Of a stretch of 64,000 nucleotides of DNA, positions 34,018 to 45,825 are shown piece by piece. Position 1 is the stretch's first letter. Every line of letters starts with the position of its first letter. The notes under the pieces are model-generated. The model ran no database searches and had not been told where the DNA came from. It saw only the letters and a list, made by a program, of their open reading frames with translations. The DNA lies in NCBI GenBank assembly GCA_026936335.1, contig JAPMXV010000075.1, forward strand, positions 146,360 through 210,359, written 5' to 3'. The position numbers were made by a program, and so were the translations under genes. Source of the stretch: Mantamonas sphyraenae STR306. Its lineage: Eukaryota > Protista > CRuMs.

Positions 34018-34305
34018 GTGGGGAGGGGAGGTGCGGAGAGGCGAATGTAGGTGGACAGTTTTTGAACAGTGATATGTGTGTGTGTGTGAGGTGGACGCGG
34101 GATGTGAAGGCGGCGACGAAGAGGCTGAGCGCTCCTTGTCCTCTATGCGCGGGTACAACAACGCATATTGCATACAGACAGTTTTGAACAGTCATCAGGT
34201 AGGGAGGGGCGGGGGCATCGGGGACTTGTGCCCGTGTATAGATGGGATAGAGAGATAGTAACGAGAGGAATCAGGAGAGGCTGACAATCATGGGATACAG
34301 GAAAT

Positions 34306-36430
34306 ATGGGCTTAAACGTACATCAGTGGTTGGAATTGTTGCAGAGCGGGGACCATGGGCGGATTGTAGAAGCTTTGGAGGATCAGGGAACGGTGAGTTG
34401 GCGGAAAGAAATCGGGAGGGAGTTTTGGGTGAGCGTGACGTTGATCGTCGCACAGGGAAGGAGGGATGGGTGTAGGGTGGATGTGATGGTGTATACGCAA
34501 GATGGAACGTGTGTTGACACGGCACACACAGAAATTGGACCTTGCACGTGGGGACCTGGGAGGCAAAGAAGCGGTGGCACTTGCGCGGGCACTAGCTCAG
34601 AACAGCAGCTTGCAGACCCTGGACCTCGCAGACAACCCCATCGGGGTAAAAGGCGCAACAGCACTTGGGAAGGCACTGAGGGAGAACAGCGGCTTGCAGA
34701 CACTGGACCTCAGCCACAACAGCATCGGGGCAAAAGGCGCAGCAGCATTGGGGCAAGCACTGTGTGAGAACATCAGCCTGCAGACGCTGGTCCTCAAAAA
34801 CAACAGCATCGGGAAAGAAGGAGCAGCAGCACTGGGGCAAGGACTGAGTGAGAACAGTACCTTGCAGACACTGAACCTCGGAAAAAACAGCCTCGGGGCA
34901 GAAGGCGCAGCAGCACTGGCAAAGGTACTGGGTGAGAGCAGTAGCTTGGAGACACTGAATCTCGACAGCAACAGGATCGGGGCAGAAGGAGCAGCAGCCC
35001 TGGGGCAGGCACTGAGGGAGAACCAGAGCTTGCAGACACTGGGTCTCACCAAGAACAGCATCGGGGCAGAAGGCGCAGCCGCGCTGGGGCAGGCACTGAG
35101 GGAGAACCAGAGCTTGCAGACACTGGGTCTCACCAAGAACAGCATCGGGGCAGAAGGCGCAGCCGCGCTGGGGCAGGCATTGAGTGAGAACAGCAGCTTG
35201 CAGAAACTGGGTATCAGCGACAACAGCATCGGGGCAGAAGGTGCAGGCGCGCTGGGGCAGGCACTGAGTGAGAACAGCAGCGTGCAGAATCTGGATATCA
35301 GCCGCAACGGCATCGGTGGAGAAGGAGCAAAAGCTCTGGCGCGGGCACTGAGTGAGAAAAACAGCTTGCAGTTTCTGGAGCTCTCTAGCAACAGGATCGG
35401 GGCAGACGGAGCAGCAGCACTGGCGCAGGCACTGGCTGAGAGCCGCAGCTTGCAGATACTGGACCTCGGCTGGAACAGCATCGGGACAGAAGGTGCAACC
35501 GCACTTGGGCAGGCACTGAGTGAGAACAACAGCTTGCATACACTGATCCTCAGCCGCAACAGCATCGGGGCAGAAGGAGCCGCAGCACTGGCGCAGGCAC
35601 TGAGTGAGAACAGCAGCTTGCAGACACTGAACCTCAGTACCAACACCATCAAGGCAGAAGGAGCAGCAGCACTGGGGCAGGCACTTTGTGAGAACCAGAG
35701 CTTGCAGAGACTGAACCTCGGAAACAACAGCATCTTGGCAGAAGGAGCCGCAGCACTGGCCCAGGGACTGGGGAAGAGCAGCAGCTTGCAGACCCTGAAC
35801 CTTAGTACCAACAGCATCAAGGCAGAAGGAGCAGCAGCACTGGGGCAGGCACTTTGTGAGAACCAGAGCTTGCAGACACTTTACATCAACTTCAACAGCA
35901 TCGCGGACAAAGGAACAGCAGCACTGGCCTTGGCGATGGAAGTCAATCGGTCGTGCTGGAGGATCGATGTCGTTGGCAATGGAGCTTTGCGGTCGCTGCT
36001 GGAAAGGAACATGGAGAATCACGTGGAGTTTGTGGAGTGTGGGGATGTGGAGAAGATGAGAGAGTTGAGGGAGTGGGGTGTGCCTGTGGACACATTTGCG
36101 GGAGAGGGGGGGACGGAGACTGCGCTGGAGAGAGCTGTGAAGGGTGGGGATGAGGAGATTGTGGAAGTGTTGCGGGCATGGGGAGCGAAGCCGAGGATGA
36201 AAACGGTGGAGATGGTGAGGAAGGAAGGGTGGAGGAAGGCGTGGCATTGGATTGGATGGGGTGGGCAGGTGGATGAGGCGATGGAGGTGGCGTTGGTGAT
36301 GAATGGGGAGGAGAGGGAGGCGATGTTTGAATGTGGTGGGATGGAGGCGTATGAACCGACTGCACAGTGGATGACACTGCCGGATGAGGTGATGGAGAGG
36401 GTGATTGGGTGGGTGGGGAAAGATGTGTGA
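34306..36430 (+). CDS. LRR-ankyrin-F-box-like protein, copy 3 (17 LRRs); exons 34306-34392 and 34532-36430
   Basis: Exon 1 peptide is identical to copy 1, the LRR string is different, and the ankyrin and TLPDEVMERVIGW end are the same. Confidence 0.88.
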
Positions 36431-36434
36431 ATTG

Positions 36435-37505
36435 TTCCGTTCATTCAAGGCGGTGGTGTTTGGAGGAGGAGGGCAAGGGATTGGAGAGGCGTTGAAGAGT
36501 GGAATGAATGGAAGGTGATGTGGGGTGATGCGGCCAATGAGGGTGTGCAGTGTCGTTGGGTTGGAGTTTGGGCAGTCAAGGGATCGTGTGGGAGAAGGGA
36601 GTGACGGCATGGGTGACAATGGCGCTGATGGTGGGTTGCACCTGCCTGGAGATGAGGTTGTGGCATGGTGATGGGAACGAGGGAGGCCAACACACAGCCG
36701 CTAACAGAGCCTCTGGTCGCTTTGACAGTCGTCTCTGGGTGTTCCTTCTCTGTGAAGTGGATACCATGGGACTGTCGCTGATGATGCATTGGCCTTTGGT
36801 GACACCGTGGCTGTATGGATGACACCAGCGAAGTAGAAACTCCGCCTGTGGGAGGATCAACGCACACAAAACCTGCCCTGTGTCGGCGCACAGCCCTCGT
36901 TGGATCCTAAGACCAAGCTTGTAGACGAGTCCACGGGAAACACACGCACAGACGCAGTTTCGTGTTTGGGGTGATTTTGGTGGAGAGCGGCTGGTTGTTG
37001 GCCATGTCGACAATGGTCGGAAAGTGGCGAAAAGTGGAATGAGGGTCATTGGGGTGTGGTTGATGTGTGGAGGGCAGAGACCGAGGCTGAGGGCATGGGA
37101 CGGCCTGTGGTGCGAGCAGGGGGGCGGCAAAGGTGCGGGTACTCGGCCACCGCCTGAAACCAGCTGCGTGAGTTTCTGCGACACTGCTCACGAATGCACA
37201 GCCTGACTGTGGTAAAAGTGTGCTTGGGAAGTGTGTGGGTGACTACACACAGGTGCAAGAGGTGGGCGTGGTGATCGAGGGGGTGTGTGGTCCGTGGGAG
37301 GGCGGTTTGTGGCGCAGGAAGGCGGCGAGGTGCGGCTGGGCTGGCAAGGCGACAAGCAAAAACGACGCCACGACCACCACCAGGCACATTTTTCATCGAA
37401 TTTGGGGAACTTGGCGCAGAGGTGGAATGGGAGGATGAGGCCTGTTGCGTGTGTGGGAGGAGGATGTGTCTGCGACAAAATCACCTCCGGGTGGCAAGGG
37501 GAGAG
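36435..37505. repeat. ~1.1-kb spacer duplicated at ~49460-50585
   Basis: Long near-identical stretches, e.g. GAAGTGGATACCATGGGACTGTCGC..GATGACACCAGCGAAGTAGAAACTCCGCC and CAGGCACATTTTTCATCGAATTTG. Confidence 0.88.
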
Positions 37506-38034
37506 GTCATGGGGCCGCAGTGCAGCAAGGTGGGCGATGACGCAGACTCAAGAGAAGGAAGCAGGTGGAGAGTCAGCAGTGTCATACGCAGCAGATGCCA
37601 GTGGGGTGGGAGAGCGTGCGCTTGTCAAAGCACAACAAACACAACTGACAAAAGGAGATGGACGAACAAGGTGAGTTGACGACGTAGTGGGGTCGATGTG
37701 TTGTTTGCCATTGGTTGGTGGGTGTGTGTTGGGACAGCGTGCAACCAGCTCTTCCGTTTTGGCGTGAGGAAGGAGGCCGGTTGGCGCGTGAGAACCTGGT
37801 GGCGAGGATCGTCGTGCTGCCCCCCAACGCACCATAGCAGGCAACGCTTGGGGTGCACAGAGTACTTGGCCAGTGCAGCAGCAACATGCGCCGCAGCTAA
37901 CAACCGGCACATGCTCACAGATTCAGACTCTGAAGGTATGGAGACCATGCAGAGGAGAAAGGGAGCTGGGCAGAGGGAAAGTTGGTGCACACACGCTCAC
38001 AACGGGCAAAGCAGGCGAAGTGAACATCCTGAAA

Positions 38035-39779
38035 ATGGATGATGATGACTGGGCGGCGTTGCTGCGGAGTGGGGATCATGAACGGATTTGTCGGGCACTG
38101 GAGGCAGAGGGAGAGGTGGGTTGTGACTGGGACGCGTGGCCGTGTTGCACGTCAAGAAGCGGATAAAGGGAAACTATGGAGTGTGTGTACTGACACGTGG
38201 AACACAGTGTTTGTGTATTCGTAGCCAGTTTCTGGGTGACAATGAGGCAGCCGCACTGGCGCAGGCACTGTGTGGGAAGTGCAGCTTGCAGACACTGGAC
38301 CTCAGTGACAACAGTATTGGGGACGAAGGAGCAGCAGCACTGGCGCAGGCACTGAGTGAGAACACCAGCTTGCAGACACTGAAGCTTGGTTCCGGCAGCA
38401 TCGGGAACTTAGGAACAACGGCACTTGCGCAGGCACTGATTGAGAACAGCAGCTTGAAGACTCTGCAAATCAGCACCAACAGCATCGAGGACGAAGGAGC
38501 ATCCGCACTGGGTCAGGCATTGTGTGAGAACAACAGCTTGCAGACTCTGGATCTCAGCCACAGCAGCATCGGTGGCAAAGGAGCGGCAGCAGTGTTCCAG
38601 GCCCTGAGTTTGAACAGCAGCTTGCAGACGCTGATCATCAGCTGGGATGGCATCGAGGCAGAAGGAGACGCAGCACTGGGGCAGGCTCTGAGTGAGAACA
38701 GCAGCTTGCTGACATTGGACCTCATCGACGACAGCATTGGGGACGATGGAGCAGCAGCACTGGCTCAGGGACTGAGTGCGAACAGCAGCTTGCAAACTCT
38801 ATACGTCGGCCACAACTGCATCGGGGACGGAGGAGCAGCAGCACTGGCTCAGGGACTGAGTGAGAACACCAGCTTGCAGACACTGGACCTCATCAACAAC
38901 TGCATCGGGGACGATGGAGCAGCAGCACTTGCTCGAGCATTGAGTACGAGCAGCAGCTTGCAAACACTATACCTCTGGAAAAACAGCATCGGGGACGATG
39001 GAGCAGCAGCACTGGGGCAGGCACTGAGTGAGAACAGCAGCTTGCAGGCTCTGGACCTCAACAGCAACAGTATCGGGGCAGAAGGAGCAGTAGCACTGGG
39101 GCAGGCACTGAGTGAGAACAGTAGCTTGCAGACTGTGGAACTCAGCTACAACAAAATCGGGGTCGGAGGAGCAATAGCACTGGCGCAGGCACTCAGTGAG
39201 AACAGGAGCTTGCAGAAACTGCACCTCAGAGACAACAGCATTGGTGGAGAAGGAGCAGCGGCACTGGCGGAGGCGATGCGTGGCAATCGGTCGTGCTGGA
39301 GCATCGTTTATGACCACGATCGGGCTTATCAGTCGTTGTTGGAGAGAAATAGGAAACATCACGCAGAGTTTGTGGAGTGTGGGGATGCGGTGAGGATGGC
39401 TGAATTGAGGAAGTGGGGTGTGCCTGTGGACACCTTTGCAGGGGAGAGTGGGAAGGAAACTGCGCTGGAGCGAGCAGTGAAGCGAGGGGACGAGAGGATT
39501 GTGGAGGTGTTGCGAGCATGGGGTGCGACGCCGAGGACGAAAACGGTGGAGATGGTGAGGGAGGAAGGGTGGAGGAAGGCGTGGCATTGGATTGGGTGGA
39601 GAGGACAGGTGGATGAGGCGATGGAGGTGGCATTGGTGATGAATGCGGAGGAGAGGGAGGTGATGTTTGAGTGTGGAGGGATGGAGGAGTATGTGGAGGA
39701 AGGAGGGTGGGAAGGGTGGGTGACACTGCCAGATGAGGTGATGGAGAGGGTGATTGGGTGGGTCGTGGTGGCTGGGTGA
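38035..39779 (+). CDS. LRR-ankyrin-F-box-like protein, copy 4 (13 LRRs); exons 38035-38115 and 38208-39779
   Basis: Exon 1 MDDDDWAALLRSGDHERICRALEAEGE, GTGGGT..CTGAC..CAG intron, C-terminus MEEYVEEGGWEGWVTLPDEVMERVIGW. Confidence 0.86.
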
Positions 39780-39854
39780 GGTGGGGAATGAACACCACTG
39801 GTTTGTGTCTGCGCAAAGTCTTCCCAGCATCCTTGCGCACCCAAACCAACCACC

Positions 39855-41211
39855 ATGGACTGGAATCACCTGCTGGATTCCCCCTCCGACCCATTGTCTA
39901 TTGAAGAGGCACTGGCACACGCTGGGAAAGTACGCTGAATCGCATTCCCCCGTTGCTGCTGCGCAAGGACCTTGCCTTACTCGCCTCCACCCCACCCCCG
40001 CTCTCAAGTCGCTCTCACTGCGGCAATGGCAGCTCACAGACACCCAAATCGCCTCTTTGGCATCATTTGGCATTGCCGGAAACACCACCCTCCAAGTCCT
40101 GGACCTCACACGGAGTGGAGTAGGCCCTCACGGCGCAACCGCCCTTGCCAAGGCCCTCACCGCCAACACAACCGTCCACACGCTAAAGTTGAACAGCAAT
40201 GTCATCGAAAGCAAAGGGTGCATTGCAATCATCGAGTCGTTGAACCACAACAACTCTCTGCTCTCCCTCAGTCTCCTGAAAACCAACCTCGATGACGAGT
40301 CGTTCCGTCTGGATGCAAACAACACGCTGAACGAGCTGAACGTCGCCTTCAACACCGTTGGCGACGCCTTTGCCGCCTCGTTGGCCAGTTGACTTTCTGA
40401 AAACACTTCTCTGTGCATCTTGACCCTCACCCACAACCAAATCAGCTGCCAAGGCGCAGAGGCCCTCGCTGCAGCGCTCACACACAACGTCAGGCTGACA
40501 GACCTTTCACTTGCCCACAACCACATCGAACGCAAAGGCGCTGTTGCCTTGGCCACTGCTCTGTTGGCAAATAGCACCCTGCAGTCTCTGAATCTCTACC
40601 ACAACAGCATCGATGACGACGGAGCCATCGCCATCGCCACAGCCCTGCATTCAAACAGCACTCTGCAGATTCTTGATTTGGCCAAGAATCCCATCAACGA
40701 CTTGGGGCAAACGGAATTGACGACTGCTTTGACCAACAACACGACTTGCTTGCGCATCGACTGCTGCAAGAGGGTGTTCAACTTGACACAAGCGAGGAAG
40801 TTCACAACAGCTGCACAGCGTGGCGATATTGCCACCATGGGCGAGTTGAGAGAGTGGGGTGTCGCTGTGGACGCTCGGGCAGGCGAGCACGGGCAAACCG
40901 CCTTGCAGCTGGCCATGGAAGCCAGACAGGATGCTGTGGTTGCACAACTGAGGCGTTGGGGGGCACAGGCGACGTATTCATTCACAAAGTCGATCGGGGG
41001 TTCAAACTGGGAATGGCGGGAACCGTGGCATTGGGTGTTGGGCACCGTGGTGCAAGACACCGCATTGGAAGTCGTCCTGGCCATGAACGCTGAGGAGCGG
41101 GATGTGATGTTTGAAGCAGGAGGGATGGAAGGGTATGTTCCCACGGCCCTGTGGAGCACCCTTCCAGACGAGGTGATGGAACGTGTGGCAACGTGGATCG
41201 GCCATCTGTGA
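39855..41211 (+). pseudogene. Divergent LRR-ankyrin-F-box-like copy 5 (~9 LRRs) with one in-frame TGA at 40390-40392; intron 39930-40008
   Basis: Exon 1 MDWNHLLDSPSDPLSIEEALAHAGK. ORFs 39754-40392 and 40420-41211 are in the same frame (LAS*LSENTSL). Ends WSTLPDEVMERVATWIGHL. Confidence 0.75.
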
Positions 41212-41349
41212 CACCACACCATGCTGAAGTGCACAGGTCCACGCGTGGCGATACGTGCATCCAATGCGATTCAGTCTAATGTTGGAATTGCTTTGGTGGG
41301 TTTGGGGGAAGAAGACAACACTGACGCCGGCGCGCAGGGCAGCCAAACA

Positions 41350-43330
41350 ATGATCAAACGAGGGAAATCTTCTCGTCTCTTTGCACTGGCCTTGAACTGC
41401 ATGTTTGGCATGTGTGGCCACGCGTCGGAGGGAGCCAGGACATGGACAGAGCCCGACGAGGGGCTCTGAGGAGAAACGTAGCTGGGCTTCGGGATGCCAG
41501 CAACGTGGACACGCCTATGGTCCAGTGACGGGCTTCCCTTTCCAGGGACGGGCACCAACCAACATCTTGCTTCCGCTGGATGCCGAAAGGGACGAGAGGG
41601 TGGACCCCCAACAGTGGGGTTGGATCGACAGGTTTGCATCTCGGGAGAAGAGGAAGCAACGGGGCTCACTCGGGGCAGTTTGCAAGGACACAACGCACGT
41701 TGGACTGGACGACGTGTTTCCGAGCAAGATTGATGCAAAGGATGGCAGCCGGGTGTGGATGCGACCATGTGGAAGCAGCACCCATCATGAGCAGGGTGCA
41801 AGCGTCGCCGTGCAGAGCTCCGGGTCACAGACGGCACACACCCATGGCGGTGGCCACGATATCGTTGTGAACAAGTGGGCGAGCAAATGGAACATTCGTG
41901 TGGACGAAGCAAAATGGGGCATCAGCAGCGATGACTGCGGGAAGGGGAATGGGTGGTGCGGTCGACCTCACACACACAAGGGAAGCGTGTGTGGTGTCAC
42001 ATGGGTCTGAAGGTGGAGGTGCACTGGAGGCAGAGACAACCACGCGGACAGCTGCAGACCATGTTCCTGACCAAGTGGAGTGCAGACGGGGCCAAGGGTG
42101 TGGACGCGTCTTTGGGGCATCGGTGCGGGCGCCAAAGACACGTCTTTGGGAACGGCGTCGTTGTGGACGGTGACGACGACGTGTATGGCACTGGCTTTGC
42201 GATCGCCTCTGTGGATGGCAACCCACACACGCTGGGCAACAGGTCATTGTGTGCAAACGCTGTGGAAGAGAGCAACGGGAGCAAAGAGCTGGAGGCAGGA
42301 GTGGGGCATTACTGCCAGCGAGGCGGGTTCCTTTGGGGGGGGGGGGGGGTTGTGCCATGGAGGCTGGCGGATTTGGTCGTGTCTGGCCCAGAATTGGCCA
42401 AGGGACAGAACGACGTGTTCTATGTTGGTGCGAGTTGCGGGCTATGGTGTGGCAAGTGGCATGGAGCAGTGTGCTGGTTGCAGCCGAATCGATTGCAGTG
42501 AAGGACTCGCTGGTGAACCACGGGCGGACGGACTGGCCACTCCGGGTGTCGACAAAGGGGGGCAGGACGCAGTGGCATGTGCGGGTGGGTGCCAAGTGGG
42601 CAAAGGGTCAGCGCTGTGGCAGACAGTGCATCTGTGGCGGATGGGTGGACTCCTCTCAAGGGAGGCATGGCCGGGAGGGAGTGGCGAGTCGAGGGGCAGT
42701 GTTTGGTGATGATGATGGGACTCGGACACACAGCACATGTGCTGTGGGTGGGAGCATTGGTCGGCAACCCAACCTGCGTGGTGCAGCAGTGGGCATTCGA
42801 AGCAATGGCAACGTGGGCACTGTCGCAATGAGCGACGACCAGCTGGGCACAGAGTCCGACGGCGTCTCTCCCTGTCGTTGTCCAGGAACGTGGCACAGAC
42901 GGGACGCTGGGGAGCACCCAGGACCCTGGGAGGCTGGACATGGGGACCCTGTGGTAGCCATGGATAGGTACGTCTCTGGACACACGTACCAGGCGGTGGG
43001 ATGGCCAGGCTAATGTGGACGACAAGGATTTGGTGCTGACCAAGGCGTGGACCCGCTGTGGGGGGCACATTCATTCATTTGCGGATGCCACAAGCCGCCG
43101 TGGCTTGCGATGCGACCAACCGCACAGCAGTGTGTGTGTGTGTGTGTGGCACGCTGGACGGCCAAGTGCTATTGGACAACGGAGATGTGTGGTTTTGACG
43201 GGAATCAATTGTGGACTGTGGTGTGGGGCACATGGAGTTGACGACCCGGGGGGGGGGGGGGGGGGGGCAAGGGCGTTGTGGTTGGCGCCGATGGCAGTGT
43301 TTACGTGACGGGTTGGATGGGGAATGCAAA
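41350..43330 (+). pseudogene. Frameshifted SBBP-type beta-propeller secreted-protein relic, similar to the N-terminus of the giant protein
   Basis: Fragments in shifting frames: MFLTKWSADGAK/VWTRLWG, NGVVVDGDDDVYGTGFAIASVDGN, HDIVVNKW, QLGTESD, DKDLVLTK. Poly-G tracts at 42335-42349 and 43248-43267. Confidence 0.55.
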
Positions 43331-43479
43331 GCATGGACAACCAAATGTGAACGGGCGATGATGGCACCAAAGTGTGGACACAGCAGGCGGGGAGGAGCAC
43401 GGGGAGCAGCAGGGGAGGGGGTGAGTGATGGAGAGGGAGAATTGCCAAGGTGCAATGCGTGTCAATGATGTCACTTGGC

Positions 43480-45259
43480 TCACCCTCCCTTGGCCAGCCA
43501 CTCCAACACCCTCTCCATCAGCTCATCCGGCACCGTCCACCAATCACACGTCGCCTCATACCCTCCCATGCCACCACACGCAAACATCACCTCCCTCTCC
43601 TCCCCATTCATCACCAGCGCCGTCTCCATCGCCACATCCATCACACAACCCCATCCAATCCAATGCCACGCCTTCCGCCACCCTGCCTCCCTCACCATCT
43701 TTACCGTTTCCATCCTTGGTTTCGCACCCCACGCTCGCAACACCTCGACCACTGCCTCATCCTCGCGTTGCACAGCACTCACCAACGCAGTCTCCTCCTT
43801 GCCTCCTCCATCCCCTGCACACGTGTCCACAGACACGCCCCAAGCCAGCAGCTCCTCCATCGCCTTGACATCTCCTCGTCCAGCACTCATCACGAACGAA
43901 TGGGCCATGTCACGATTTCTTGCTGTGGTCGCACTCTGCCCGATGCCGTCGATTTCCCAGCAGCTCCTGTTCTCCTCCAGTGCCTCGGCCAGCGCCTTTG
44001 CTCCCTGTGCACCCATTCTATTGTTTCTCAGGAACAGTCTCTGCAGGCTGCGGTTCCTCTCCAAAGCTCTGGCCAGAGCCACGGCCCCGTCCGGGCCGAC
44101 GCCGTTCCTGACAAGTTTCAGCTTCTGCAAACTGCTGCTTCCCTCCAGCGCTTCCGCCAGCACTGTGGCCCCATGCTCTCCGACGCTGTTGTTGTTCAGG
44201 TCCAGTGTGTGCAAGCTGACGTTCTTCTGCAGTGCCCTGGCCAGAGCCGCGGCCCCTTCCGGCCCGATTCCGTTTCTCCCGAGTGTCAGCGTCTGCAAAC
44301 TGCTGCTTCCCTCCAGCGCTTCGGCCAGCACTGTGGCTCCTTCCGAGACGATGGCGTTGCGATCGAGGTTGAGCTCCTGCAGGCTGGTGTTTCCTTGCAG
44401 CCCCTTGGCCAGTGCTGCAGCCCCTTCTGCCCCGATCCAGTTGGCGCTGAGGTCCAGTGTCTGCAAACAGTGGTTTCCACCCAATGCGTTGGCCATGGCT
44501 GCTGCTCCGTCTGCGCCGACCACGTTGTCGCCGAGCGTGAGCATCTCCAAACTGCAGCTCTGTGCCACAGCGGCGGTGGCCAACGCGGTTGCTCCTCTTG
44601 GGCCGATGTTGTTGTGGTTGAGGTTCAGTGTGCGCAACCCGTGATTCTCTTCCAGTGCAACGGCCAGTGCGCACGCCCCACGGGTGCCGATGTCGCAGTT
44701 GGTGAGGTCCAGTGAGGTCAGGTGCACACACACAACCAAAGCCTGTGCAAGTGCAGCAGCTCCTTCTGCGCCAATGCTGTTCGCCCCAAGATGCAATCCC
44801 TGCAAAGAAGTATTCTGTGACAATCCTTGGGCAAGTGCAGCTGTCCCCTCGGCCCCTATGCAGTTGCCTTTCAGATTCAGTGTGCGCAAACACGTGTTTG
44901 TTGCCAGTGCGGCGGCCAATGCCACCGCTCCGTCATCGCATGTGCTTTGCAAAGACAAGTCCAGTGTTTGGATGGTTGTGTTCGCCTCCAGTGCTTTGGC
45001 CAGTGCGCCTGCTTCGTGGACACCGATTCTGTTGTGAAAAAGGGTCCAACACATCTGTGGCCGCGGCAGACTTTTCGACACGTCTTTGCGCAAGATCCAA
45101 TTCCTGGTTTTGACGACGCGTGTCAGCAGCACGGCACGGCCATTGCACGCTCTCGTTTCCTCGCCTTGCCTTTCCTGCAGCCTCCAACGCGGAACAAATC
45201 TGCTTCTCGTCGCCGTCGCGCAACAGGGTGGTCCAGTCGACTGCCCCCTGTGTGGTCAT
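43480..45259 (-). CDS. LRR-ankyrin-F-box-like protein, copy 6 (~13 LRRs, inverted); exon 1 45259-45170, probable GC-AG intron 45169-45104; apparent +1 frameshift near 45043 or an alternative acceptor
   Basis: Exon 1 MTTQGAVDWTTLLRDGDEKQICSALEAAGK is homologous to the other first exons. ORF 43480-45132 carries LRRs, ankyrin and WWTVPDELMERVLEWL. Confidence 0.78.
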
Positions 45260-45825
45260 TGTGTCTGGACGGTATTTCATGTGAGCTGATCTCACACGCT
45301 GCTGCCCATCTGCTCTCCGCTTCAACTCCATTCCACGCACCGGCTGAACGCGAAAAATCGGCAGCACGTTCAGGTTGGTCACGTGTGGGGCAATGTCTTT
45401 CCGATCCATCCGAAGACCCTGTTTATCACCTCATCCGGTAGTGTGTATTGAGTGGATACACCTCTTGCACGAGGAGGAGTGAACAGTGGCTGGTGGTGGG
45501 TGATCGACAGGTGGAATGGACGTGCTTTTGAGGGGATAAGGGGCGAGATTAGAGTTCAGGGGAGGTGGAGAGGGGAGGGGTGACTTTGTTGGAATTGGAG
45601 GGAGCGGGAAGGGAGGGGGGAAGGGAGTGGGCGGGGTGCAAGCGCAGCAGGAGGCAACGCATCTTGGAGCTGTCACATTCTCGCAGGGTCGCAATGTAGG
45701 TGGAGTGGGGTGGACAGAGGACGTGTGGGATGGAGTGGTGGTGGAGAGGGAGGAGGAGGGCGGCGGCGGAAGGGAGGGGAGGGAAAGGTGGTGCTCACGC
45801 GCTCACAACGGGCAACGCAGACGAT

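Noticed and set aside
29053-36000. CRISPR-like or DGR-like reading of the 84-bp constant/variable periodicity
   Set aside because: The units are in-frame LRR codons in intron-containing eukaryotic genes. No cas or reverse transcriptase gene was seen, and there is no template/variable repeat pair.
36735-36830. PARP/ART-like words YHGT and FLLCEV in the duplicated spacer
   Set aside because: They overlap in different frames, sit in the wrong order and are bounded by stops. Probably chance.
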